From contig OX597817.1 in the NCBI GenBank assembly GCA_951406725.2, positions 106,826,001-106,890,000 on the forward strand: DNA of 64,000 bases, given 5' to 3'. This stretch comes from Octopus vulgaris (Eukaryota). How positions within the stretch are numbered: the first letter of the stretch is position 1; each line of letters starts with the position of its first letter. The position numbers and the translations under genes are program-made. Shown in pieces: positions 51,081 to 64,000 of this stretch. Below the pieces are notes generated by a model, which saw nothing but the letters and a program-made list of their open reading frames with translations, was not told where the DNA came from and made no database searches.

Positions 51081-52494
51081 AGAACTTTTGGACCCAACTG
51101 TGCTCTGCTTCTTATGTTTTTCTAGCTAGATTTTTTTTAGTTAAAAAATAGTCTTATATAGCAAAATTTATGCATAAATTCTACTGTATAAGCTTATCTT
51201 TATCCATATCTTAAAGCAGGCTATGGGACTTTCTGAATGGCATGCCAACAAAACAAATTACCCTGAATGTTTTTAGTAATGTGGTTCACCTGATGATAAA
51301 CCTGTATCATGCGGCTTGATTCTCCAAAAAAGTTGACCATACCTGTTGTAAAACATGAAAATAAATTTAATGGAATCAGATTCTCAACACTGAGACATAC
51401 CAAAAATGTTGTGTGTCTGTAAAATACAAAAACCTCTTACAGATTAATTTAAATTTGGGTAGATAGCTCAATTGGTCTTAATTTGAGTAGATTATAACTC
51501 AGCTGGTCAAACAACTGAATGATTATTGCTGACAAAGATCATTCACTTACTTGATGGGAGATCCATCATCAATTAGAACTACTCAAATGAGTAACAAAAG
51601 AAAAAAAAGAAGTATACTTCTTGAAAGCAAGTCAGTTTCATTGGGGCCAAGCAATACTCTGAATGGTTGAAAATGTGAAAGAAAGAGCCAACGATTAAGG
51701 TGCAAGATAAGGAAAAGTGGTTGTTGTTGTTGATTAGCCTCATCAGCTCTTATCAAGTGGACCTGTAATCAAAGACAGGGCTAGCCTTAAGCCAATTGGA
51801 CTGATTGCTCCCAATCAGGCCCTGCACCAAAGGGGGTCCCGGTGCTCAAGAGGGCCACATTCTATACTTCCACATTTCATAAAGGTAGTCTCCCTGAAGT
51901 ATTTTTAAAAATTCACAAGGTCTTTAAAAGAAAAAGGAAAAAACATACTTTCTACCCTTTAGTGACATTAGACATCAAAAGATAAACCTATTCATCCAAA
52001 ACTGCTTGGGTCAGCTGCTGAATTTGAAGAAATTTATTGTATTTTTAGTGTAAGGGTCAATATGTATGTTTGTATGTGAATGTTTGGGAGTGTTTATGAG
52101 GATGTTTTGGTAAAATATTTGTGTGTATGTGGGTGAATTGTATGTATATATGTGTGTGTCAGGTTCTATAAATATGTTCAATTTTGGGGAAAATTTTTTA
52201 TTTCAATAATGTGTATTTCATATATATATATATATACATACATACATACATACACACACACACATACATGCATACACACTCTTTTACTCATTTCAGCTAT
52301 GCTGCTGTGGTCATGCTGGAGCACCATCATGGTCTTTCTGACTTCTTCAGTCTGGGTGTTTCACATCACTATAAATAAAAAATACACATTAAATACAGGA
52401 CTCATCTCTGTGTGTTTATGTATTCTTCACACGTTGGTGATGTCCTGTACTTAATGTGTATCTTTTATTTATTTTTATAATTGAACACTACACA

Positions 52495-53585
52495 ACCTTG
52501 TCCAGGTTTGTCAATGAGTATAGTAAAGAATTCTGGGTAGGGGTAGGGGTCCACCAAGGATCATTCTTCAACCCCCTCTTATTCATCATAGTCCTCCAGG
52601 CAATAACAGAGGAATTCAAGACAGGATGCCCCTGTTGATGACCTTGCTCTAATAGCTGAGTCACTATTAGAATTAGAGGAGAAGTTTCAGGTGTGGAAGC
52701 AAGGTCTAGAATTGAAGGGCCTTAGAATCTATCTAGCAAAAACCAAAGCCTTAATAAGTAGGAAGGCAGACAAATCACAAATCTCTTCAGGTAGATGGCC
52801 CTGCTTGATCTGTAGAAAAGGCATAGGTAGAAACTCCATACGATGTACCCGGTGTACACTATAGACACATAAGAGGTGCAGCAATATTAAAGGAAGGCTA
52901 ACTGGGAAGATAGTTTTTGTGTGTAGCAAAGGCTCAGGGGCAATAAACACTGAAAATGTGCAGAGAACAACTTCTGCCACATTCCAGGGGGAAAAACTAG
53001 AAGTAGTTGATAGCTTCCATTACCTGAGGATAGCTGCTAGAATAAGAATAGCCTGGGCAAAGTTCGGAGAGCTCTTACCTCTGCTGGTAACAAAGGGCCT
53101 CTTGCACAAAGTAAAAGGTAGACTGTATGACGCATGTGTGCGAACAGCCATGCTACATGGCAGTGAAACATGGGCCATGACTACAGAGAAATGAAGCTAG
53201 TATGATCATGTGCTGTGTATGGATGAGGACAGCTGTGTTAAAAAGTGTCACACTCTAGCAGTAGAGGGAACCTGTGGAAGAGGTAGGCCCAGGAAGACCT
53301 GGAATAAGGTGGTGGAGCATGACCGTCAAACATTTGGCCTCATGGAGATATGCTGTGCATGAGATGACCCACCAAGCCAAGTGAGATCGTAACCGTGGCC
53401 TATGCCAGTGCAGTATAACTGGCCCATCTTAGAGTACCCTTCAATCATTGGGCAATAAATTGTGCTTGTGAAGACCTGTTGAGTCAAGAGGAGTCATTGT
53501 TGTGGCCGATGCCAGTGCTACCTGATTGGTACCCATGCCAGTGGCATGTAAAAAGCATCATTTGAGCGTGGTTGATGCCAGTGCT
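52495..53585 (+). mobile_element. 5'-truncated RTE LINE (RT end to 3' UTR) with internal deletions
   Basis: GVHQGSFFNPLLFIIVLQ, LEVVDSFHYL, RIRIAWAKFGELLPLL, KGRLYDACVRTAMLHGSETWA, RGRPRKTW. Confidence 0.9.
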
Positions 53586-53903
53586 AAATCCACTTGCAAG
53601 ACTTTGGTTGGTCTGAAGCTACAGTAGAAGATACATGACCAAAGTGCCATGCAGTGGGACTGAACCTGGAGCCATATGGTTGGAAAGCAAGCTTCTTATC
53701 ATACAGTCACACCTGTGCCCATTTGAGCAGTGACTGAATATTTGAGCTGTTGAAAGAGATTAGATTTTCATATCTTGATTGGAGAATGTTTAGGAAGTCT
53801 TTGTTCATTGGAGAGTGAGTGGCTTCTCTTCCAGGGTGAATAGCTTCTCTTCAAGGCTGAGTGGCCTCTCTCTCTCTCACTATGTCTCTCTTTCTCTGCT
53901 TGT

Positions 53904-53951
<48 letters not shown>

Positions 53952-54434
53952 ATTATTCTTTATTTTAAGAAGAGTAATAAAAAAAGATTGAGAAAAATAT
54001 TGTTCATAGCTGAATTTTGCTGAATATCCTCTCAATGTAAATCATTGCCATTCAGATCAACTAGTATATCTGTCTTTGTATCAGTGAAAATTATTCTATA
54101 AGGTTCACAGTGGTAAATATGTTAGTATCCTCTTAGGGGAAGAGACATTTCAGTGCCAGCCCTTTAAATAAACATTAAATTAAATGTAATTAAATAGATC
54201 TGACTAAGGGACTAGCTGTTGAAAATGACAGTTGTATAGTTGAAAGTGGGGTTATGGATGTGAAAGCAGGAAAAGTGGTTACTATAAAGGGGACAGTTAC
54301 TGATGTGTTGAAAATATATGGTGCTACCACTTTTTGAAAAGTAAATCAGGTATTTTAGTGATAGGTCATACCCAATGATTGGCATGCAACAGCTACAAAG
54401 GAAAATTGTTTGTTAATGTTTTTTTTTTATCTTC

Positions 54435-54830
54435 TATCTTTTACTTGTTTCAGTTACTGGACTGCAGCCATGCTAGGGCTGACCTTGAAGAGTTTAGTCA
54501 AGCAAGTCGATTTCAGTACTTATTTCTAAAGCCTGGTACTTATTTCTAAAACATGGTGCTTATCTGATCAGTCTATTATACCAAACTGCTAAGTTACAGA
54601 TATTAACAAACCAACACTGGTTGTCAAGTGGTAGTGAGGTACAAACATAAGCACAAAGACAGACACAAACACACACACACACAATGGCTTCTGTCAGGTT
54701 CCACTTCCAAAATCCACTTACAAGGTATTGGTGAGCTCAGAGCTATAGTAAAAGACTTAGGTTCAGTCCTGTTGTGCATCACTGAGCCCAAGACCACATG
54801 GCTGGGAAGCAAGCTTCTTAACCACACAAA
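54435..54830 (-). mobile_element. SINE family A copy, diverged
   Basis: Reverse complement of the tail (CTTTTACTTGTTTCAGT) and head (AAGCAAGCTTCTTAACCACAC). Confidence 0.7.
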
Positions 54831-55146
54831 AATTTTTGCTTTTTGTTTTTTGTTTCTGTAATTTCATACATAATTCCTTGGTTATCAATCTTTTATCTGC
54901 ACCAAAAATTGTTATGCTTCTTCTATAGAATGTTGAACAGTTTGTTTATGGAAAGAAATTATATGATTCTTTTAGGCTTTTGCAATACAGGACTTATAGT
55001 TGCAGCTTCTGGTTATAAGTCCTGTTGGTAAATCAAGCAAACGAAAAATGGTAAAAACAACAACAGAAAAAATTTAAAGCAGAGAAGGAAGAAGCAACAA
55101 AGAGTGGGAAAAATCAGTGAAGAGTTTCTATCTTTGAGAATATTAC

Positions 55147-55180
<34 letters not shown>

Positions 55181-55565
55181 ACAGTGTGTGTGCATGTGCA
55201 TATGTGTGTGCATGTATGTGAATATGTGAGTTTGTGTATGTTTCAATAATAGTTTGTGAATGAAATTACTGAAAGAAAATATCTCTCTCAGTGCCTGAAG
55301 GAAGTTATTTAGTTATTTTAACACAGTCGCTTTACAAGAAAATCAGAAAAAGAAGGAAATGGATTTGAGAAAATAAAAAATATATAAAAAAAAATACCTA
55401 AGGTAATAAGGAAACTGGTGGGTTTGAAAGGCCATTTTGGAGCAATTTTGATTTAAGCATGTCAGATGTGATTGGCATGAAGTGACATTTAGCATTTCAA
55501 TGAATTAGTATTGCCTGAATTGCCTGAACCCCTGCTAAGATATCTTATTCCTTTTTCACTATCAG

Positions 55566-55621
<56 letters not shown>

Positions 55622-55655
55622 CACCACTACCACCACCACCTCCACCACCACCACT
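55566..55655. repeat. (ACT)n-(ACC)n trinucleotide repeat
   Basis: Directly visible. Confidence 0.95.
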
Positions 55656-56589
55656 GCCTATTTTATTTTTCAAGCCAACATAGGAGCTCTTACATGGTCA
55701 CTTGACCTGCTAAAATAGCAACCAAATCTCTAACACTGCCCTTTGATCAGGGCCAGCCTTAGGAGGTGCAGGGCCCAATTGGGAACAATTTTGGTGGACC
55801 TCAGGCTCCCAGTCAACTTGCATCAAGGTCTATAGAATCATAAAAATACAAAAATCATAAAAATATAAAAGTCCAGTTGTTGAAACTATGCTACCGTGCA
55901 GTGCCACGTAAAAGCACTCAGTCTGTGCTGTAAAATGATGGCATTAGGAAGGACATCCAGCTGTTAAAACCATGCTCCCATGTGGTACCACATGTGTTCT
56001 AAAGTGGTGGCATTAGAAGGGTATCCAGCTACAAGAAACATACCAGATGGGTGCCAGATGTAGCCCCTGGCTTGTTGACCCCTGTGAAACCATCCAACCC
56101 ATGCCAGCATGGAAAAAGGACGTTAAATGATGATGATAATGATATGCATATATATATATATATATATATATACATAAACATATTATGTATATATTTATAT
56201 AAGTGTGTGTGTATGTATATGTGTGTGTTTATATGTGTATGTATTTGTGTGTGGTAACTTTCTGAAACATGGATAATTTGTTAATAAAATTCTCTGTATA
56301 TACATCTCAGATGGTGTAGATTATGATTATATCAGAATTTATTGTGTAAAGCATTTTTCTCTTTCTTTTAAATAAACTCAAAGGTAGCCAGTTTCCAATG
56401 TGGTTATGGTAGAAATAGCAGTTATTAGGCATGAAAAACAGCCACTATTCTGATCTCTTAATAAGCCACAAAGGGGGAAAAAGTCCTTTGCAGTATACTA
56501 GAAGCCAAGATTAGTTGATAGCACACAAAAAAAAAAAGCCAAGGAAAAAAAAATAACACTCAGGTCAGAGTGTTTGGGTGTTGATCTGA

Positions 56590-56755
56590 GGATAGTGCAT
56601 GTACCGAGAGTGATAAAGATCAAACATCCAGTCAACATCATGGTGTTTGGAGTGATCACTAGTGATGGCGATGTTATGCCTCCATTCATCTTCCCACATA
56701 GCCTCAGACTTAATATGGAGGCCTACATCAAGTGCCTGGAGGAGGTAGTGCTGCT
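56590..56755 (+). mobile_element. Tc1/mariner (maT/DD37D-like) transposase fragment
   Basis: VPRVIKIKHPVNIMVFGVITSDGDVMPPFIFPHSLRLNMEAYIKCLEEVVL matches the KHPxxxMVxGxxxxxGxxxxxF...Y...L pattern. Confidence 0.75.
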
Positions 56756-58110
56756 TGACAATCAATGTTGGTATGTTTATTTCCCTGTAACTTAGTGGTT
56801 TGACAAAAAAGACCAATAGAATAAGAATCAGGCTTAGCAAAAAATAAGTAATGGGGTTGATAAATTTGACTAAAAATTCTTCAAAGCAGTGCTCCTGCAT
56901 GGGCTGCAGTCTAATGACAGAAATGAGTAAAAGATAAAAGATGAAAAGGTATCAAGGAAATAATCTTGTACTTTCCCCTCTCTAATGAAAATACAACTAA
57001 ATATCTTTATGTCACAGCAAATGCTAAACACTGCACATTCTAATGATCTTTACTGGCAAGCTTATATACATGATATAGCTAAAATTACATTACATAAATG
57101 ATTATTCTTCTTGAAGCCTGCAAAATTTTTCAGCTCTGATTGATTGTTGTTCACCTTTGAAACTTGAGACCCACAATAGTAAACTACTGAGACATGAGAC
57201 TGGGCTGCTACTACATAAACAAACATTTTAGATAACACCTAATGGAAGGTCATCTCATTGATTAGCAAAGAGATAGTTATGATCCCAACCTGTGATCCTC
57301 AGACATGCTCTTTCCTCTCTGTCTATTCTATCATAACTATCACAGCCTGTGTTTGACTGAACTAACTTGTAACATATCACTTCCAATTAAGCACATGCTC
57401 TCCTCTTCACATCATCCTTTATTGTCTGTATCTCATTACTCAAGTCCAATAGTAATTAGTTTAACTTAATATTATTTCTAGCTCTTTACAATTCTCCTCT
57501 TCACCTAAGTTTTCCTGTAGGTTACAATCTAAAACTACTTGATATTCACCTCAGAGAGTCTGCTGAGGTCATGGTCACTGCAATTGTTCCATATTGATAA
57601 AAGACTTGTCTATGTATACTATATGTAATTGATAGCTTCTCTTATTTGAATGGGCTAAGAAATAATGGCAGAATTTGAATGCTATGGAAGTATGGGATCT
57701 ACAATGGAGAACTTCAGGGAGTCATGGCAGCCATGAGTTTCTCTGCCAGTGCAACAGCTGTGATACTTTGGAACATGTTGGTTACAGAGAAATAAGTTGA
57801 ATGTGATCTGTTGATTATGTTATCATAATAACTTGCTGCTCATGGATTTTTTAAGTAAATGGATAGATGGATGGATGGATGGATAGGTAGGTGGTGGAAA
57901 TGGTGGGTGAAGAAGTGCCTTGAATTGTGGAAGGTTCATATGACTAAGTGAATATTGAGAAAGACATAAGAAGATGTGGTGAGGTTAGAAACAATGAAAG
58001 ATGTTTGGTTTCATAGAAAAGATGATGCATCTTTAAAATGAATAGCAATCTCATAAACTAACCCACTACATTAAAGATGCCAACATAGAAAAATAAACAT
58101 GATGATGATG

Positions 58111-58193
58111 ACATACATGCATGCATGCATGCATACATACATACATACATACATACATACATACATACATACATACATACATACATACATACA

Positions 58194-58222
<29 letters not shown>
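58111..58222. repeat. (CATG)n-(CATA)n tetranucleotide repeat
   Basis: Directly visible. Confidence 0.95.
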
Positions 58223-58224
<2 letters not shown>

Positions 58225-58659
58225 CTATGTAGTGAATCCAAACAAAGAAGAACAAACAAGAAAAAACAATAATGCAAGGACATGGTACAAGTACTGTATT
58301 ATCAGACACTCAGGAAAGAAAACCTTTAAATATGAAAACTTTAGGCTGGAAGAAATATTCCTGTTTACTAACACATAGTTATATTTGTAACCACATTTCC
58401 AAGTTTGCTCCTACTGTGAGATACTTGGGCAAGTGTCTTCCACTATAACCTTGTACTGACCAAAGCCTTGTGAGTAGATTTGGTAGATGGAAACTGAGAG
58501 AAGCCCTTTGCATATATATTTTTTTTTTTTTCAAAAATTTAACAAATGCACAAATGGAAAATTTTACAAAAACATAACAGAAAATTCATAGCTAATTCCT
58601 TATCAGTCAATGTCTAAAAAAATCCTTACAATTTCCTGATATGTATGTATGTATGTTAT

Positions 58660-60980
58660 GTCAGGTCACTTTCGAGTGCTACTGGTAACATGTAACCCAG
58701 TACGACCTGTTGCATGGTCGGGCCGTTGGTGACTAAACTGGTAACCCCACCAAGCTTGCTTGGTGAGGAGGGTGTTTATTGGACACTCTGCAGGATGAAA
58801 AAAAAGGGCAGAGGAACTCTTGAGAGTCAACGGCCATCCAATATATGTGTAATTATATATTTACTGTATATCTCTCTTTTTCTCACTAATTTTATATATT
58901 GTATATTTTTATAGCTTGCTCATTATATATATTTTTTATATATATTTTCGTATACTTCATATCATGTATATTTTGTATATCAATATTTTTTATATATCAT
59001 ATATTTTTTTTTTTTTTTTCCTTATATCTATCTTATCCAGCTTATGGCTGTATCATGTGCGGAGACATAGAAATAATCGGACTGAATACCCAATCATGTG
59101 GTTAAACCATTGGGAGTGAAAGACCCCTAGCCTTTGTTAGGGCATCCTACTAGGAGAAGGCAACTAAGGTAGCTGGGATAACTCTAACATAAAAACCTGT
59201 GGCTCAGTGGTTACCAATGATGTTGACTTGTTCTTTTTTCAGATTATGGCTGCTGTTGCTTAGTGAGTGGGATTAACTCAGCGCACAGCCTTTCCTCACT
59301 TTAATAAAAATCTTCTTGCATAGGCATTGTACGATAACAACATTGATTGATTGATTGATTAAATTGATTAACTAATTCATGATTGTTGATAGTGCTGTGA
59401 GTCTCAACTGAATGGCTGGCTGTAGCCTTAAAAAGCAAGTAATCAATGATGTATCAAAACAGTATAAAAATAAATGGCAGTAAGGACTCTGGAACCACAT
59501 CAGATGAAAGAGTCTGGCCCAGCAGGGGCTCCAGAGCATCACAGTCTGAACCCAGCCATCATCATGCTACTGTGATAGAACCAAATAAAATATTGAATAT
59601 TGGCTGTTGGAATGTATGGATGCTGCTTGACTGCGAGAATGAAGGACTGTGCTTGTTGTGAAGGAGCTTCGATGCTATGATCTTGACATTGTTGCTTTAT
59701 CTGAGATGAGATTAGCTGGAGATGATCACCTTTAAGAATCTTGTGAAAAATATACATTCTTTTGGAAAGGGAGGAATGAAGAGTTTAGAGGAGAGGCTGG
59801 AGTGGCATTTGCTGTTAAGACTACTCTTGTGGACAAGTTGGAAGAATTCCTAGTCAGGATTAATAAGCATCTTATGTCCATGAGAATTCCTTCGGTTAAA
59901 GGAAATTATGTGACCTTGGTGAGTGTGTATGCTCCAACTATGTGCTATACTGATGACGAAAAAGTTTCTTTTTACCATGCTTTGAAGGGCACTATAAGAA
60001 ATATCCCTCGGGCAGACAAAGTCATCGTACTGGGTGACTTTATTGCTAGAGTGGGCAGGGATTTTAACACATAGGCTGTAATTGGAAAGCACAGGGTGGG
60101 AAAGTGTAATAGTAATGGTATGCTTCTGCTGCAGACGTACGAGGAGCTGTGTCTGTGTGTTACCAATACCATGTTTCAACAAAAGAATAAGTTTAAGACC
60201 ACATGGATGCACCCTACATCTAAAGAATGGCATATTCTGGATTATATCCTTGTTAGGGTGTATGACAGATGAGATGTGCAGTGTGTTTGTGTTCTTCGTG
60301 GGGCTGAGTGTTGGATTGACCACTGCCTAGTACATGCAAAAGTGAAATTAGTCAAGGATTCAAGGAAGCCAAAACAACTCTTTTATGGAGAGTTAGCTAA
60401 AGGAAAACAACCTCCACATAAACCAAAAAAGAGGTATAAAGACTTGCTGAAGGCTTCCTTAAGAGATGCTTGCATCTCTCCTGACACATGGGAAGATTGT
60501 GCATGAAGGGACAGCTACTTTTGAGAAATATTGTGCGCATGAGAAAGTAAGGATGAATGTCAGGAAGGGCATTGCTGTTGCACTTCCAGATGGTAAGGGT
60601 CTTCCTATGATGCTGACATGCAGTGTCTGTGCAAGATCCTGCCTCAGTAAAGCTGGACTCAAGAGTCATCTTCATAGTCATAAAGTGAGACAGATGATTG
60701 ACAACCAGGCCACTGGTGGTGGTGCTACACACCATATTAATCATATCTATCAGGTATGTAGAAGGGAGAGTAATTCGGCGGGAGGACTTAAACGACATGC
60801 AAAGGTACATGAAGCCCAGTTACAGCTACAGCCAGCTATTGCTGGTAAAGGTTTTAGCTGCCAATTCTGTACAAGACATTGTAGATCTTTAGCTGGGCTA
60901 AAAAGTCACATTTGATCACAGCACTGATAACTGTTAAGCCTCATGCAATGGCCATACTCGATAACGAAGAGGGCAGCCAT
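58660..60980 (+). mobile_element. Second RTE LINE family: leader + AP endonuclease fused directly to the C-terminus with three C2H2 fingers (RT missing)
   Basis: NIGCWNV, GVAFAVK, VSVYAPT, VLGDF.ARVG, TTWMHP.SK.WH.LDYI, DH.LV (APE); at about 60350 jumps to RKPKQLFYGEL..G....KPKKRYKD.LK; then CSVC..HLHSH, (C)QVC..HAKVH, CQFC..HI*SQH. The 5' boundary is uncertain. Confidence 0.85.
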
Positions 60981-61304
60981 CATGTATGTATGTGTGTTCC
61001 CTTGTCTTGACATCATATAATAGTTGTAAACAAGCATCACTGCCATAAAAATGATTTCCATTTCTAGTCTTCTTCCAAGAAAAATATATCTGACCATAGG
61101 GAAATATTACCTTGGGTGCAAACAGGTAAGTGTTGGTAACAAGGAAAGGTACCCAGCTCTAGGAAAATCTGCCCCCAAAATTACCTTAACCCATGCAAGC
61201 ATTGAAAAGTGGACATTAAATTATGATGATAATGATATATTGTAAAAAGCTGGTATCAGGCTCAGGCCAATGTAAACATGTAGGCTCTGTTTCAAACTAT
61301 TCAC

Positions 61305-62376
61305 CAATGATCTAATTTTTCTTTATGAATTCAATAAAAGCAACAATGCAATGGAAAGTGCAAGGAATATTAATGCAGTATATGGGGATCAGACAATAAG
61401 CATAAGCCAGTGTCAAAGGTGGTTCCAGAAATTCCAAACCAGAAACTATAGCCTAGAAGATGAATCTCATCCTGGAAGATCTGTAGAGCTTGATGTGGAT
61501 ATCCTGCAAACCCTGGTGGAATAAAATCCCATTGTAACTGTTAAGGAACTAGCAGAGAAGCTTGGATTTGGTCATTCAGCCATTCATCGACACCAGTGTG
61601 CCATCGGAAAAGTCAGCAAATTGGGGCAATGGGTTCATCACAAACTTTCCGAGTCTAATCCTGCACAGAGAGTGAATGTGTACTCTTCTTTGCTGTCACA
61701 TCTCACGAATGAACCTTTTTTGAACTGAATAATGACTAGTAATGAGAAATGGGTTCTCTATAAAAATGTCAAGCACCGAAGACAGTGGTTAGGGAAAAGA
61801 GAAACACTGGCACTCTAGGCTAAAGAAGGTCTTCACCCACGTAAGGTGTTGTTATCTGTTTGGTGAGATATGAAAGTTTTAGTCCACTTTGAACTTTTAA
61901 ACTGAAACCAAATGATAAGAAAGGAGATTTACTGTGAGCAGCTTGAATAGCTTAAGTCAGTGCTAGAAGAAAAATTACTCTCTTTGGTTTCACAATGAAA
62001 GGTGTTCTTCCATCAGGATAATGCTTGGCTACATACAACATTCCAAAGGTTGGAGCATTTTGAATGGGAAACGGTGCCCCATCATATTCGCTGAACATTA
62101 TCCCATCTGATTATCACTTATTCTGCAGTCTTCAAAATCACTTGGATGGAAAAAATGTGAATTCTGTAGACAAGGCCAGAATAGTACTGAAGGAGTATTT
62201 TTTTGTCACGTACAAGTGAATTTTGGAAGAGGGACCTTGCAAGTCTACCAGATAGATGGAAGAGCATTATAGAAAACGAAGAAGAGTATATTTTAGATTA
62301 GAAAAGAATTTTGTTTATCTTAATTTTGATAAATAAAAGAAGTATAAAAAATATTATTTATGGGATGACCCAATAT
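61305..62376 (+). mobile_element. Mariner transposase pseudogene, near full length, with right TIR
   Basis: HTH (LYEF...NA...ARNIN.VYG.....CQRWFQKF), WVHHKL (cf. WVPHEL), T.NEKWVLY.N, HQDNA, PSDYHLF; multiple stops; terminus ...TATGGGATGACCCAATA-TA. Confidence 0.9.
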
Positions 62377-62392
62377 ACATGCATATATATAC

Positions 62393-62612
62393 ATACAAGG
62401 AGGTGCTGAAAAGTTCCTGGCATTGGGTAAAAGAAAATACAGGAGGATCAGTTAATCATGATTTTATTCAACATATTCCCCTCTCAGATTCACACAATTA
62501 TTGCGGCAATCCTTCGGTTATTCTAAGCCATGTAAAAGAACTCAGAAGGCTGGGCTTCCAATCAGGCCTTTCATGATACCCTTAAAACCAGGAACTTTTT
62601 GGTGCCTCTCAT
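62393..62612. mobile_element. Mariner-type MITE
   Basis: Imperfect TIRs TACAAGGAGGTGCTGAAAAGTTCCTGG / CCAGGAACTTTTTGGTGCCTCTCATA. Confidence 0.65.
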
Positions 62613-63134
62613 ACATACACACATACACACATACACACACATATATGCATACATACATACAAACACATGCACATACACACACACATTGTTTTATTCTTTT
62701 ACGTGTTTTTTAATTTTTTTTTATAAATAATTAAAACAAAACAAAGATGAAAATTTTCAAAAAATAAAAAAAAATGGCAAACCCTATTAATATTAGATTC
62801 CGGGGATGTGGCTAAGTTGATAACATCAGTCCCAGTGATCAACGGGTACTTATTTCATCAACCCCAAAAAGATGAAAGGCAAAGTTTTTTTTCTAAATTA
62901 TCATTATGTTTTGTTTATTTTTAAGTTGGCTACATAGTTAAAAAGGAGAAACTGAAAATTGCAGAAATCTTATTTTACAAAGAATTTTTAAAAACTAGTT
63001 TTGAAATATATACAAATTTTGTGATAAAATAAGAGAATTAAAAGGCAAAGTTTCAGACTGAACACCCACATAAATTTGTTTTGATGAAGATTTTTCCAAT
63101 TTATGATTTTTTTTTCACCACATCCCCACCACCT

Positions 63135-63292
63135 CCCAGTCATAAAGCTGCAAAAGATGTGTAAGGCAGCTTTTTCCTGAGCAGATGCCATGCTGGATAT
63201 CAGGGAGCAACTCATTATCTTTTAGGAACGTGATCAGCTTCCTCCTGACAATGCATTCAATGACTTTGCTGATATGTGAAGTTAGAGAAAAC
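63135..63292 (-). mobile_element. CR1/Jockey-group LINE reverse transcriptase fragment
   Basis: SLTSHISKVIECIVRRKLITFL..NELL...QHG...GKSCLTHLL. Confidence 0.8.
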
Positions 63293-64000
63293 ATATTTTT
63301 CACTGTAAAGTAGCTACATGGCTTCTCACATTATAAGAGAAAGAGTGAGAGCTGGAAAGAGAGCAAAATAGTAGTGATAAGGTGTCAGGGTAGATTTTAA
63401 AGGTATGAGGTGAGTAGACATGAGTATGAACAGGTGAGCAAGAAGTGTGGGTGTGTAGAGGTTGCAAGAGTGTATTGGGGAGTGAGAAATAGTTAGCAAT
63501 AGGGAATGGGTGAGAGGGTGAATATAATGAAGGGCAAGTGTTGAGAGATATGTAGCTGCTTCTGCTACTGCTTCATTTTCTTGCTTGACAGGGCTGGGGT
63601 CATTCCAGGTCTAGTGATCCCAGAGACATCATTATGCAGAGAGCCAAACATGTCCACCAGTGCTCTTCATCACTGGTGATCCTGTGCCAGCCTCTCTGCA
63701 TCCTGGAGATAAGTAAGAAGAATAGGTAACAACTGTAAAAATTGGGCTAGGTTGAAGATTGACCAATAATACATATGAGTTGGACAATGTAGGTGAGAGA
63801 AATTTGGAGTAAAGTGTAGTAGAATAGTAATAATAATGTTAATGCTACAGTAGAAAGGGGAAGATTGAAAGAGGAGAGAGAGAGAGAGAGAGAGAGGGAG
63901 GGGACCGACAGACAGACACAGACAGAGAGAGTGGGAAAGATGACGTATGGTTAGGTAGGTTGTAAGAGTATGGGGTAGATCTTAGAAATTACAGGGTTGG

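Noticed and set aside
54198-54337. Short plus-strand frame DLTKGLAVEN...KAGKVVTIKGTVTDVLK with faint HMA-like look
   Set aside because: No CxxC motif, weak acceptor, under 50 codons; insufficient evidence.
58664-58740. Canonical HDV-like ribozyme (P1 GGTCACT/GGTGACT with first-position G-U)
   Set aside because: No GG after the P1 3' strand and no convincing P3/L3 or nested P2; kept only as an unclassified structured leader.
60466-60915. Stand-alone C2H2 zinc-finger gene
   Set aside because: Contiguous with RTE ORF2 C-terminal motifs, lacks TGEKP linkers, third finger interrupted by a stop.
61305-62300. SETMAR-like host gene
   Set aside because: No SET domain, many stops and frameshifts, terminal inverted repeat present; an ordinary mariner fossil.

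Overview
AT-rich, repeat-dense eukaryotic DNA with no prokaryotic features. The SINE/RTE-LINE repertoire and the (TA)n/(CA)n/(GATA)n load resemble an octopus (coleoid cephalopod) genome; this is recognition by eye, not a database result. The only well-supported host coding sequence is the first coding exon of a prominin (CD133)-like gene on the minus strand (8305-8524). It sits in a CpG-retaining promoter-like region (about 6.9-10.3 kb), and I found no further exons of it in the window. A second CpG-retaining region (about 41.8-43.9 kb) carries splice-bounded minus-strand exons, and a plausible plus-strand first coding exon lies 3 kb further on. The rest is decayed transposon sequence: several RTE LINEs, a CRE-clade fragment, a Helitron helicase fragment, hAT, mariner/Tc1/maT remnants, piggyBac-type MITEs, a gag-only retroelement, at least four SINE families and a 2-kb TA-rich microsatellite. 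The most notable non-obvious signal is a set of type I hammerhead-ribozyme motifs (28887-29019 +, 32929-33020 +, 34682-34715 -) in Penelope-like remnants. The first two share a palindromic ACAGCUGU stem III and a long hairpin insert in stem II. Most long ORFs in the supplied track are microsatellite or antisense artefacts.
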